Source of the DNA: Minutocellus sp. GHC0000111
Lineage: Eukaryota
DNA: 64,000 nucleotides
Direction: 5' to 3'
Assembly: GCA_977018835.1 (NCBI GenBank)
Contig: OZ361256.1
Location: 3,906,001 to 3,970,000, forward strand
The translations under genes and the position numbers were made by a program. The stretch's first letter is position 1; each line of letters opens with the position of its first letter. Of the stretch, positions 10,593-22,457 are shown piece after piece. The notes beneath the pieces are model-generated. The model worked only from the letters and a program-made list of their open reading frames with translations, had not been told where the DNA came from and did no database searches.

Positions 10593-11496
10593 GAGATGCG
10601 ATGAGAGACCAACAATTGTGTGTAGATTCCACTTGTATATTTCATTCTTTAGTAGTAGTATCTAGCTACGTAGCTAGAGGCAATTCATCAGAGAGAGGAG
10701 GAGAGACTCAGGAAAGGGCTTTTTCTTCCACCAACTGCCGCCATCGATCAGGAACAACACGTACGTACGTGTAAAGCACGTACGTACCTAACCTACTTTG
10801 AGCGAGTACGTACATTCAAAGAATAGTTTCCATGATGAAAACATGATGTTCAAGAGAAAGTTCGCACCAAATGACACCCGGCGTCAAATTCCAGCAAATT
10901 TCAGCGAGTGACTTTGGTTTTTCTTTTCCAGTGTTGGCGATGAGATGAATTGGATCGTATCGCATCGACTTGCACGACAAAGGAAAGAATCAAATAGAGA
11001 CGCAAGAGCGATTGCTACGTAGATATTACTCGAGGGGATCGGGTATCTCTGCGCGTTGATACCTCCATCTCGGAAGTTGAGGAAAAAGTTATACTTGCGG
11101 GAGTCAAAAAAGGTGCGGAGCAATCGTGGCACGCGACGTGTTGTGTTTCCGACTGATTGGATTGGACTGAATTTCCGCCCACATACATACAGTCGATACT
11201 CAAGGCAAAGACCGCTGAGAGAACGTTTCTCTTCGCTGGTTCCTGGGTTTTGAATGTCATAGAAAAGAGTTGGGTGACAACTGTCTCTCTTTGCATTGTG
11301 GGTTGAACGCTCAACTGGTCGGGCTCCAACTCCAACGACATCATTTCTTTTCGTTCTGTTTTTCCTCACCATTGGCATCTCCACATATCCTCTGCAATCG
11401 TTCGAATTCCTCCACGGCTTCATTGTATTGCTCAACCCCCCACCAAAATATCCACTGATCAATATCAGACACGGAAGGAAGAATATCGTACTGACA

Positions 11497-14400
11497 ATGA
11501 TTTCAGCTGAAGCCCCTGCGGTCGCACCGGTCGGTCCCAAGCCAGGTGCCGATGCCATGAAGCACCATGAGGGATCGTCGTCGTCGCCTCCGCCGATGAC
11601 GGCAGCAGCAGATTCAGTGCCAACTGAGGGTGCTTCCGCCACGACACCGTCCAAGGGCAAGAGGCAACCTCCTATCATCAGCACAGATGTGAACGACCAG
11701 TCCAAGTCCTCATCGGGGTCCAAATCGTCAGGTGGTACCGAAGCGTCTCGTACTGCCTTTCGACAGGCTCAGACTCCGAAGCACTGCAACAAGAACAAGG
11801 CCTTTGGCACTGGCACTGGCGCTGGTGGTGCCCCCAACAGCGGTGCAGGCAATGTTGTTCCTGGCCCAGCACCTGGTCCAGGAGGGATGCCCCCGCTCGG
11901 AGCTGGACCAGTCGGCATGACGGGACCTCCTCCGCCGGCCGGTCATCCATGGCCAGCTGCCCCCCATCAGCATCAGCAATGGCATCCTCATCCTCCTCCT
12001 CATCACGCTGGGGCGGGTTACTACCCTCAGCAGCAGCAGTATGCACGTTATGGGCCTCAAGGTCAGCAGATGCCACCGCAATACGGACCAGGTGGGCCGC
12101 CCCCTCCCCATACGCCCAATCCTCACATGCCTCCCTTTGGCTACAAGGCCGGTGGTCCTCCTCCACCTCAGACTGTATCGCCAGGCAGCTACAGAGGTGG
12201 AATGCCGCAGCATTCCGGAAGCGTTGGCAGTGGCAGCGTGGGCGGTTCCAGTTCATGGGAGCAACAGCAGCAACATGCTGCGTCGTTCCAGCACCATCAG
12301 CAACGTGCCCCCCACGGATATCCTCCCATGGGCTTCCCTCCCGTCGGTCCAGCTCCTCCTGGTCAAGGTAGACTCCATCCGCCCCACATTCCTCACCAGT
12401 ACCTCCAGCACCAACCGAAGCAGCAACGGCAGCAGATGGAGCAGGACACCGCCGCCTTCTCGCGTGCCGTTTCGTCCTCGTTCGAGAACCTCAAGTCCAA
12501 GGGATCCAACGATGGCGACAGCAAGGACGACGGAAGCAGCGGCGGCATCAACAAGCCGGCGGCGCTCTCCCACGACCTCAACGCCTACAAGAATGCCCAG
12601 CAGCAGCGCGAGAAGGCCACAGCCGCCAGCAACAGCGACGATGCTAGCGCCGACTCCTGGGGTATGCTCCACCAGGTACAGTCCGTCGACGAGGCTCAGA
12701 TGAAGGCTGCCAACGAGGCCAAGCACAAGAACGACAAGGCCAACAAGGTGGACGACAACGGGAGATCCAAGACTCCGACCGATCAGATCGAGACGGGCCG
12801 CGCGGTATCATCTCTATCCCACCTGGGCAAGTCGCCTGGTTCTCATCTTGATACCGACAAGCTCGACGCCCTCAATTGCGTTGCCTCGGTCCAAGAGCAC
12901 CTGGATACAACCGGTACTGATGCCCCCGATCTTCTGCAATGTGGCTCGGGCAGTTCCGGTAGCTTGGGACTCTTCGCCACAGTCGCAACGTCCACTTCGC
13001 GCCATGTACGTGGCAATTCTCTCGACAATTCCATTGCTCCTGATGATCTCATTGGGGCTGGATCTAAGCGCAGTCGCGAGGAGAGAGGTGATGACGACGG
13101 AAAGCGCTCTGATGATCTCGACGAGATCCGCAGTGTCGAAGTTGGTGCGAAGACGAGACCCACAAAGAGGGGCAAGGGCGATCCGATCGTCAAGTCCACC
13201 AACTCCAAGGATGGCAAGGATGCGGAGCTTCTCGAGAAGGGCAAGGCGACGCCGTTGAGCATCAGCTGTACCCCGCCGGGCTCTCCGGGGAGCAAGGCGA
13301 AGCAAGATCCTGCCGCCGCAGCAATCACTGCATCCTCGAGCACCGGCTCGGCCATCGGAGGACCCAAGCTGGCATATCTCACTGCCTCACCAGGCATGCC
13401 GAATTACTCCTTCTCTATTGATTCCATGCCTAGCTTCTCCAAGGACGCAGTCAAGCTGCCCAGCTACGGAGCCGGTCTTCCCCCCAGGCCTGGCTCCTCT
13501 GTCAGCTCTGGCTCCCTCGGTCTCGGTCTTCCCATGCAAAAGGCTGGTAATGGTAGCCAAGACGTGGGGGCCTGGCTCCTCTGTCAGCTCTGGCTCCCTC
13601 GGTCTCGGTCTTCCCATGCAAAAGGCTGGTAATGGTAGCCAAGACGAGATTCCTCACTCGATGCCATCCTGGGAGATTCACGGCCAGGACTCATTCGTTG
13701 GGAACATGTCCGTTGGATCAGGGGCATCTGGAGAGCACGGCCCTGGTCTCTTTTCATCCTTTAGCTTTACCAATGACTATCACATGCTGACTCAGGCGGG
13801 TCTCGCACAGGGGCCGCAGGATTCTAACGCAAATGATAAGAAGAAGGAAGGTCAAGATGCAAGCGTTGCGAATAAAAAGAAGGACGACAAGTCCTCCTTG
13901 ACACCGGCGGGCCAAATGCCGACGCATCAGCACCAACCATCTGTTGATTCTCGCAATCAATCCTTGCCAGGAGGAGGCCTCATCAGTCGCACAGGTACCT
14001 TTGAGTCGGCCTACACCATGTCGTCCATCCCCACCGCCCATTCTTGGCAGTCTCCCGGTGCCACCCAGTATCCCCCCCACGCCCCATCCTGGTCATCAGC
14101 AGGTTCTGGCATGTCTTATGCACCTCCACCTCCTCATATGCAAGGGTACGCGCACCCCAATACATCAATGTACTCTCCCCACCAGTCTCCAGGATATCCC
14201 AAGCCAGGCGTCCCCAATGCCTACCTTCCACCTTCTGCAGACTTTCGCGTCCCACCTCAGGGTCAGATCGGCAAGGGTCCTCCTCCTCCTGTTTACCTGA
14301 TGCCCTCTGGTCATCCTGGACCCATCCCTCCCCGGCCAGGAATGGGACACCCATCGATGATGATGGCACCTAAGCCGCATATCCAGGGACCGTCTGGGGC

Positions 14401-14962
14401 TATCTTCAACTGGACCAAGGAGGACGATACCAAGCTGATCGATGTATTGAAGAAGTACAAGAATCCTCGCGATTGGGAGCCCGTCGCTCGAGAGCACGCA
14501 AGAGGTAAGAGTGCCAAGGAGTGCCACGACCGCTGGATTCGCTATCTCAAGCCAGGAGTGCGCAAGGGTCAGTGGACTGATCAGGAAGATGCGATCGTCG
14601 TCGAGGCAGTCACCACCTCAGCCGAACAGCCCTTCACTCGGTGGTCAGATCTAGCCTCGAAGCTCCCTGGCCGCGTTGGCAAGCAGATCCGCGATCGTTG
14701 GGTGAATCATTTGAATCCCAACATCAACCACATGCCCTTCTCACGTGAAGACGACCTTCTTCTCTGGAATGGTCACAAGGAGTTCGGCAAGCGTTGGGTC
14801 GAGATTAGTACGAAATGCTTCAATTCCTCGAGATCGGAGAATCACATCAAGAATCGTTGGTATTCAGCGTCTTTCAAGAAGTTTATTGCCAACGAATTTG
14901 GTCCCGATGCCTACGCCTCCACCGTAAAGCCTTTGGTGACAAAGTCCAAAGCAAAGGCATAA
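11497..14962 (+). CDS. R1R2R3 (3R) MYB transcription factor with long P/Q/G-rich N-terminus; frame broken by a tandem duplication at 13487-13646 unless that is spliced out
   Basis: Three MYB repeats: WTKEDDTKL...ECHDRW, WTDQEDAIV...QIRDRWVNHLNP, FSREDDLLL...KNRW. ORFs 11296..13632 and 13418..14962 share the duplicated peptide PGSSVSSGSLGLGLPMQKAGNGSQD. Confidence 0.8.
13487..13646. repeat. Perfect 78-bp tandem duplication (13487-13564 and 13569-13646), period 82
   Basis: Identical copies GGCCTGGCTCCTCTGTCAGC...GTAGCCAAGACG separated by TGGG. Confidence 0.95.
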
Positions 14963-15164
14963 AGATGTCCAAGCTATTCAATTTTATCGGGGAAAATTTT
15001 CAGTTTCATTTCAATCATTTATTTACATATGTATGGTGTGTCGGAGCAAACATGTACAACATGTACAGAGGTACACAGCTTTAGGTAACGATAAGAGAAA
15101 GTTATTATTTATTTTTATAAATATAATACATGTACATTATTTCCAGAGCTCCTGCCTGTTATAT

Positions 15165-16759
15165 CTAAGCAGTCTTTGTTGCTACGAGGTCGGGAGCACT
15201 GCGAAGAAGTTTATAGATGGTCTCGACTCTCTTTGTCTCGTCTTCGGATTCAGAGGTCGGGCTCGTCACGGTAGGAAGTGGTGCATATGCCGCTATCATA
15301 AAGGGGTATAATTTGCTCCTAGTCTTATCCATAGTATGCAAAACTTTTGGATTAGCCCTGATGAGGTCCTCGACACCTTCGTTCCAAAGAATTCCATTTT
15401 CGAGAGCAATAGTGAGGGGCTGCGTGCCATCAGCGGAGGGCGCGCTCGCAGCTTTTGGATTGACATCAAGTAGCTTGACTATTGCATCTCGTCGGGACGA
15501 GGGACTTTGGAAATGAACGGACAAGGCTATTGACAAAGGAAGATGGCCGAATTGATCTCGTCCAAATGCTTGTTCAGGACTCTTTTGTAAGATGAAAGGA
15601 ACAATGCCTGTTGGAATATGAGCATTGAGTGCCAATGCAGCATGGAGGATGTTGTTGATGGAAAAATCGATGCCCATACTTGTAGCACGATGTTTTTTAG
15701 AGGTCTTGTCTTTCTCCAATGAGATATGGTGATATGCCGCCTTGAGCAAAAGTACAGCTTTATTCCACCCTGCTGTGTTCTTACCCCGTCCTCTTTTGTG
15801 AGCATTCATGTACGTGGCCTGCTTCCAAACCAATCCCAAAGGTGTAGTGGGAGTAGAAGAGGATGAAATTTTTCGTTTCGATCGGCTTTGTGCTTGTTCT
15901 TCTTGTTCATTGCCGGATTTGGGAGCCTTCTTGGTGTTCGCACCGGTAGTTTGTCTCATGGATCGATACGTCAATTCCCTAGTGGTCACTTCTTGATTGT
16001 TGGTAGTGCTCCGCTTTCTTCTTCCGATGCCGGAACAAGTGGTAACAGAGCAGTCGAAGGATCGGCCTGCAGCAGAAGGCTCAAAACATCGACGCTCGCC
16101 CTCTTTTCGACGGCATGCCATAACGGGCTTCTACCATAAATATCTCTCCGATGTACAGCGGCGGGACATGCGTCGATGAGAAGTTGTAACACCTCGATGG
16201 AGCGTATGCCATAATGGCAGGCGAAATGTAGCGGAGTGGAACCCTCGAAGTCGCGCTTCTTAGCCGCCTTGGGATAAGCCTTGATGAGAGATCGAATGGC
16301 ATCGGCAGTGGGCCCACCACTGCAAGCCCAATGCAAGAGATATAGGCCATCGGCATCTCGACGTTTGGCTTCTCGCCGCCCCTCTCGAGTAGAGCAGCGT
16401 CGAATGACGCTGTCCCAGGCCTGGATACGAACGAGATCTCTCAGTGTCGATTCTTGTCGTTGGTGTAGTGGCGTCGGCAGTGGCGCAGGGAGACAAGACG
16501 AGCTTCCGGAAGTGACACAGCAGGAAGAGATGTCGGAACGACGGCGGCCGCGACGACGACGGCGATAGCGGCGGCACCGGTGACGACGAATGCGATCCAT
16601 ACGACGCCAGGGATCGAAGTAGTCGGAATCAATGACGACAGAAACTGCGTAGTAGATCATAGTGAAGAATGCCAATGCTAGTGTCGCATTGGTTTCGATG
16701 GAGTTCATTTTACCGAGAAGTGGCACATGCTCCGAATCGACGGCACTTACGGACAGCAT
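15165..16759 (-). pseudogene. Ankyrin-repeat-like protein with N-terminal TM segment, split over two frames near 15990-16040 (frameshift or unrecognised intron)
   Basis: GLYLLHWAC, GSTPLHFAC and GRSPLWHAV in ORF 15986..16759. TPLGLVW, GHLPLSIAL, GTQPLTIAL and LYPFMIAA...TIYKLLR in ORF 15165..16121. Confidence 0.65.
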
Positions 16760-17330
16760 CGTGTTGGTATTTTTATCGGCGGAAGACTATTCAGGACGAA
16801 TCGAATGAAAAGAAAGCTAATCCGGATGTGAGCTTGCGAAAGAATGAGACAGTACTGCTAGAAGTAGATTGGTTGGATGTGATCGACGATGATTTGTTGG
16901 AATTATTTCGTGGGATATCATGATGTTGTACTGTGGTCGAGAGCGGTGCAGAATGTTGCAATCAAGCAAGAGATCCACAGCATGAAACAGCTCAGTCAGA
17001 GGCGTCAAGAGTTCGCCACGTATCTTCATTTGTGATGGTCTGCCAGATCATCGTCGCTCCACCTGGACCCCATCTCTCGTCGGCTTCTTTGGAAGATTTG
17101 GCCACGTGCTTTTTGACTCAGCCAGAGGTGTCAACGTAGAAACATACCAATGCATGATGAGCGTAAAAAGCACCAGGTGTACGTATCGTACGAGTCACGA
17201 CTTAGAGGGCTTCGCGATCGCAAGCGTACCTAGCTAGAGGTAAGCGCAAATACTCCAAGTCAAGTGATGCAGCAGCAGCATCAATCGGAATTGTAGCAGC
17301 CATCCCCTTGCCGCAGCAAGCTACGTAGAC

Positions 17331-18356
17331 ATGCAAAGCAAAATGCCTCGCCGACGGGCGAAATTCACCCCAACCACCTTTGCCGTCGTATTGCTTCTCA
17401 TCTCTGTTCTTTTTCCAACCAGTGACGCTTTTGCTTTCCCATCGACCCGTGCGGAAGGGCGATTTCATCCTGCAGATGGCTCTTATTCCTCGAATCACCT
17501 TCAAATGGACTCTATTGCCAAGATTCGAGGAGGGTACATTATGGCGCCGAAGTCATCATCTGCTCTGAAATCAGCAGCAGCGGCATTCATATCGCCTCAG
17601 GCCTTCATCAATATCTGATCTGGTTTGGACGCGTTTAGTGGAATCATGATGGCGTTCGCTCCCTCTTACATGTCGAAAGTGTACGGACTCGATGCGGAAA
17701 AGCAGGGGAAATTCTCAATGTACCTAGTCAAGGCGATAGGATGCGTCTTGATTGGCCACGCAATCAGTCTCATCTGTGCCACGGCCCTCCACATGTCGGC
17801 TCAGAAAGCTCTCGGGTTCGGCATCTTGGTTCGTCTGCTCTTTCTCATCAAATCGTTCATATTCAATGTGTACGATGACATAGATGCCAAGACAAATTTT
17901 CTTTCTGTCAATACCGCCATTATGAGCTGGTGTACATTTAGCCTGTTGACAGGAAAGGGCAATCCATTTGTGGCGGCCAAGAACTTTTCGACAGCGGCTC
18001 TGCTGAAGGCTTCTCTGCTTTTTATCAACCCGATAGCGGGGGCAAGCAAATTCTTTGGAATTGACATTGGTGGCAAAGATATGGAAAAGAGCAAGGCCTT
18101 GTGCAAGTCACTTGGGATGAATCTGTTGACGAATGCCGTATTTATGCTGACTTTGGCATTCGGCATCGAGGCCAGACGAGCAGCAGGAATTTCAGCTTTG
18201 GTTTGGTCGGTATTACTCGGAGAGACTACCTTCGTTTCCAAGTCCACTGCCCTCATGGGATCGGAGAATGAAAATGGCAACAATGTTGCGGTTGTCTACT
18301 TTTTATTGTCGGCCTTGTTATCGTATGTGTTGTTGGTAGGGCCTAGATCTACTTAG
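17331..18356 (+). pseudogene. Signal-peptide-bearing (possibly plastid-targeted) multi-TM protein with an in-frame TGA at 17616-17618
   Basis: Signal peptide ending SDA-FAFP and an IRGG motif. The frame continues QAFINI*SGLDAFSGIMMAFAP into the 17625..18356 hydrophobic ORF. Confidence 0.6.
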
Positions 18357-18778
18357 TAGATGATGGTATCTGTGTGTGAGGTGTGGGGGCAGATTCCTCA
18401 AAATCTGCACAATCAAAATGGTGGTGATGTGGTGATGGTGTGTGAAGAAGAACACAAAACACCTACATGCGGGTAAAGGAATGGAACTACATGCAGCTAC
18501 ATGTAAACACAAAAATAAAACGCTAACGTATGTCATGTAGCACGGTATCCGACATGTAGATCTACATGTATGCGATGGAATGGCCGTCAGTCAGAAACGG
18601 AAAGAAACAACAACACAGAAGGCGCGCGCGCGCAGGTTCCTGCACTTCAAGACTTCGAGAGCAAGCATGCGAGGTCACTCTCAAAAAGTTCGTCTTTTCA
18701 TCTACACGTGTTAGGTATGACTCATAACCCAACGCGGGTGCGGCGCACGACCTCCGCCTCGTACTCTTTCCTGAGAAG

Positions 18779-19190
18779 GTGAGTGAAACCATGGGGGTCT
18801 CGGGGTCGCCGTCACTGCAATTGTTGCATCCATTTTGAGACGATGCTTTGTCATACGAGTGACCCTCTATTGCAGGCGTCGATTGGAGCAGAGTGGCAAT
18901 GAGCACATCTTTTGTGTCGCTCTTCATTTGCCTCTCATTTCAATGGTTCTGGTCGTGTAGGCCCGGCGGCTCTCGGACATTTGCCTCCTCGAACAAGATT
19001 GAGCGCAATGTTGCAACCAGCTCGCACACACTGAATATAGTTGCTTCCGTCAGGTTGATAATTTGAGTCTGGTTGGCGTCTCTTCTTCGGCCAATGCCCT
19101 ATTTGTATGCACTGCACAAAACTAACACATGTCTCTGTTGTGTCTTTTTCGACTGCTCCTCGTCTCTTCCATCCGCGATCATTTCGATAG
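18779..19190 (+). other. Probable 5'-UTR intron of the DED1/DDX3 gene
   Basis: Donor AG|GTGAGT at 18779, branch ACTAAC at 19121, pyrimidine tract and TAG acceptor at 19188-19190, 22 nt before the ATG. Confidence 0.55.
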
Positions 19191-19212
19191 GGTTTTATTT
19201 TGAACGTTTGTT

Positions 19213-21972
19213 ATGCAAAATGGATCAAAGTACGTACCGCCGCACCTGAGAAATGCTCAGGGTGGAGGCGGATCTAGCTCTTCTGGCGGTGGCGGCGGAG
19301 GAGGACGGGCCGGTTACGGCGGCGGCTCTCGCGGTGGCTCGTATGGCGGCGGCGGAGACCGTGGCAGCTACCGCGGGGGCGGGGGCGACCGAGGCCCCCC
19401 TCAGCCCTCCAACTCTCGCTGGAACAACGTCGACGTAGATAGCGGCGGCGGTTACGGTGGAAGCCGTGGAGGATACGGCGGAAACTACGGTGGCCGCAGC
19501 CAAGCTCGCGTCAATGAGAGGGGCTTCCATGGCGACATGCGCCTCGACCCCCGCGTCGAGCGCCAGCTCTTCAACCGTGAGCATGAGCAGACCACTGGCA
19601 TCAACTTCGACAGGTACGACAACATTCCCGTTGAGACGTCGGGAGGTGAATGCCCCGAGCCCATCGAGGAGTACACCATCGATACCATCGGCGAGGACCT
19701 CATGAGGAACACTCAGCTCTGCGGCTACACCAAGCCCACGCCTGTCCAGAAGTATTCCATTCCCATTGGCCTTGCCGACAAGGACCTCATGGCCTGTGCC
19801 CAGACTGGTTCCGGTAAGACCGCCGGCTTCCTCTTCCCCATCATCCTCTCGATGCTTCGTCGTGGCGGCTCTCCTCCTCCCGAGAACGCCCGTGGCCGTC
19901 GTTCCTACCCCGACACCCTCGTCCTCTCCCCAACCCGTGAGCTTACGAGCCAGATCCACGAAGAGGCCAAGCGCTTCACCTACGCCACCGGCATTGCTGC
20001 CGTCGTCGTCTACGGTGGTGCCGACATCAGGGATCAGCTCCGCCAGATCGAGCGCGGTTGCGACATGCTCATCGCTACTCCCGGCCGTCTCGTCGATCTC
20101 ATCGAGCGTGGTCGCGTTTCCATGGAGGCCATCAAGTTCCTCGTCCTCGATGAGGCTGATCGCATGTTGGACATGGGCTTCGAGCCTCAGATCCGTCGCA
20201 TCGTCGAGCAGGAGGGCATGCCCTTTGGCGACGATCGTCAGACGATGATGTTCTCGGCGACCTTCCCCGCCAACATCCAGCGTCTCGCCGGTGACTTCAT
20301 GCGTGAGTACATCTTCCTCACCGTCGGCCGTGTCGGTTCGGCCAGCAAGGACGTTACCCAGACCGTTGAGTACGTCGAGGACCGTGACAAGCTCGAGACG
20401 CTGATGCGTTTCCTCCTCACCATTGAGGAGGGACTCATCCTCATCTTCGTCGAGACCAAGCGCTCTTGCGACTACCTCGAGGATGTTCTGTGCTCCAAGG
20501 GCTTCCCCGCCTGCTCAATTCACGGCGACAAGTCCCAGAGGGAGCGCGAGGATGCCCTCCGCAGCTTCAAGCGCGGCCACACTCCCGTCATGTGTGCCAC
20601 CGATGTTGCTAGTCGTGGTTTGGACATCCCCAACGTCACGCAGGTTGTCAACTACGACCTTCCTAGCAACATTGACGACTACGTCCACAGGATTGGCCGT
20701 ACCGGTCGTGCTGGTAACACTGGTGCCGCCCTTGCCTTCGTCAACGAGAAGAACGGCAACATCACCCGTGAACTTCGCGAGTTGCTCGAGGAGAACGACC
20801 AGGAGTGCCCCAAGTGGCTCAGCCAGATGTCTGGATTTGGCGGAGGCGGCGGAGGCCGAGGCCGTGGCGGCGGTCGCCGTGGAGGCGGCAGCTCCTTCGG
20901 TGGTCGCGATTACCGTCGTGAAGGCGGCGGAGGCGGCGGCGGCGGATATGGCGGCGGTGGGGGATATGGTGGCGGCGGATATGGTGGCGGCGGAGGATAC
21001 GGTAAGTTTTCTGCTTTCAAATCGCCTCTGCCTTGCACGCATCTTTCAAGAAATTTTGAACCCTATTTCTTTTTGTGAACGCCATTGCTCACATTCATCA
21101 ACATATATATGTTAGTCCCAAAATGCGCACTGTCCCAGTTCGCGAACTGGGATCCCAGTTTGCGAACTGAGATTCATTTATCCCAGTTTGCGCACTGGGC
21201 CCCAGTTCCCAAACTAGGATCTCAGTTTGCGCACTGATACTACCAGAATGGAAACTGAGATAAACACGCCAATCCGAATTTGGGAACCAGACGAGTTCGC
21301 GAACTGGAACAAAAATGAATACCAGTTTGGAAACTGGCATTCTCGGCAAGTGTCAGAATGGTAACTGCCGGTGTTGGCTCATGCACAATGATTATGTACT
21401 GGTAGATCTATCTACAATACAAGTTGCACTGTGCATCATATCTTGAATTTGCAAGCTACATGTACTGGTGCAGTAGCAACATGATGCCGGCATAGCACAG
21501 ATGCATGTATACAGTTCATGACTTATATTTGCCAGAAGCAGCTAGCTAGATATTATTATTTATTCACTATATGTATTTAGTATCAGCTAATGCCAATTTA
21601 TTGAGTATCAGCTCCGGCACTAATGTCGTCTGGACGTCTGGACCAGGTTTGGGCTGTGTTGCTTCACTATGAAAAAATGAAGCGAGGAGAAGCAAAGGCG
21701 ATATCATCCATGCTAAATATTCATTATTTCTCGATTGATCCCAGTTTGCAAACTGAGATTGTGCCTATGATCCCAGTTTCCAAACTGGGATAAATAAATC
21801 CTAGTTCGCAAACTGGGATCCCAGTTCGCGAACTGGGACAGTGCGCATTTTGGGACTAACATATATATATATATCGCACAATTCCCACTCTCTCTCAACA
21901 GGTGGCGGCGGAGGATACGGAGGCGGCGGCGGCGGAGGAGGAGGCCAGTGGGGTGGAGGAGGAGCTTGGTAG
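19213..21972 (+). CDS. DED1: DEAD-box RNA helicase DED1/DDX3; exons 19213-21001 and 21902-21972
   Basis: YVPPHLR N-terminus, [52 protein letters not shown] and RGG tails. Intron GTAAGT(21002)...CAG(21901) gives a G-rich tail ending GGAW*. Confidence 0.95.
21110..21861. mobile_element. 752-bp non-autonomous MITE-like element inside the last DED1 intron, inserted in a (TA)n tract
   Basis: 59-bp perfect TIR TGTTAGTCCCAAAATGCGCACTGTCCCAGTTCGCGAACTGGGATCCCAGTTTGCGAACT (21110-21168 / 21803-21861), imperfect to about 90 bp. TA repeats on both sides. No coding capacity. Confidence 0.92.
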
Positions 21973-22457
21973 AAGCGAGCCAAAAATTATTAGAGCTAGG
22001 GTTCCTAGTGAAGTAGAAAGAAAGAAGTGTCTGTGTCATTGGGAATTACCTGGGAATATCTCTTTCAATAGAACCATCTATCACCTCGAAAGCAATCAAA
22101 AGAACGTATTCAAAGAAAGAACTTAACAAAAGGAAATGATGCGCACGTGCTGTTGCCCTTTTTTGCTCGTTGCTTGATGTTGCAATGTTTTGTGCTATTA
22201 GTTTTATTATATAGCCTAATTCTTAGTAAGGGCTGAACTGCATGTCGAGCCATTTTTCTGCGAAGCACGTATGTTAATAAGATGTTTTATGTATGCATGA
22301 AATCAATTCATCTGTTCGTGTATTGCAATGATATGATTCTTTTTCTGCTCGGTAGGTTGTATTGTGTAGTAGACGTTATATTCATTGTGATTGGTTGCCG
22401 TTTTACTGCGCTGCTGATACCATTTGCCTGGCTCCTTCGAGACTAGCTACGTAGTAC

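Noticed and set aside
10884..11496. Upstream extensions of the MYB ORF from 11296 and overlapping minus-strand ORFs
   Set aside because: Non-ATG starts and UTR/intron-like pyrimidine-rich composition; coding-like bias begins at ATG 11497.
21130..21340. CRISPR-like array of palindromic repeats
   Set aside because: No unique fixed-length spacers and no cas genes. The repeats are mirrored at the other end of a TIR element inside a spliceosomal intron.
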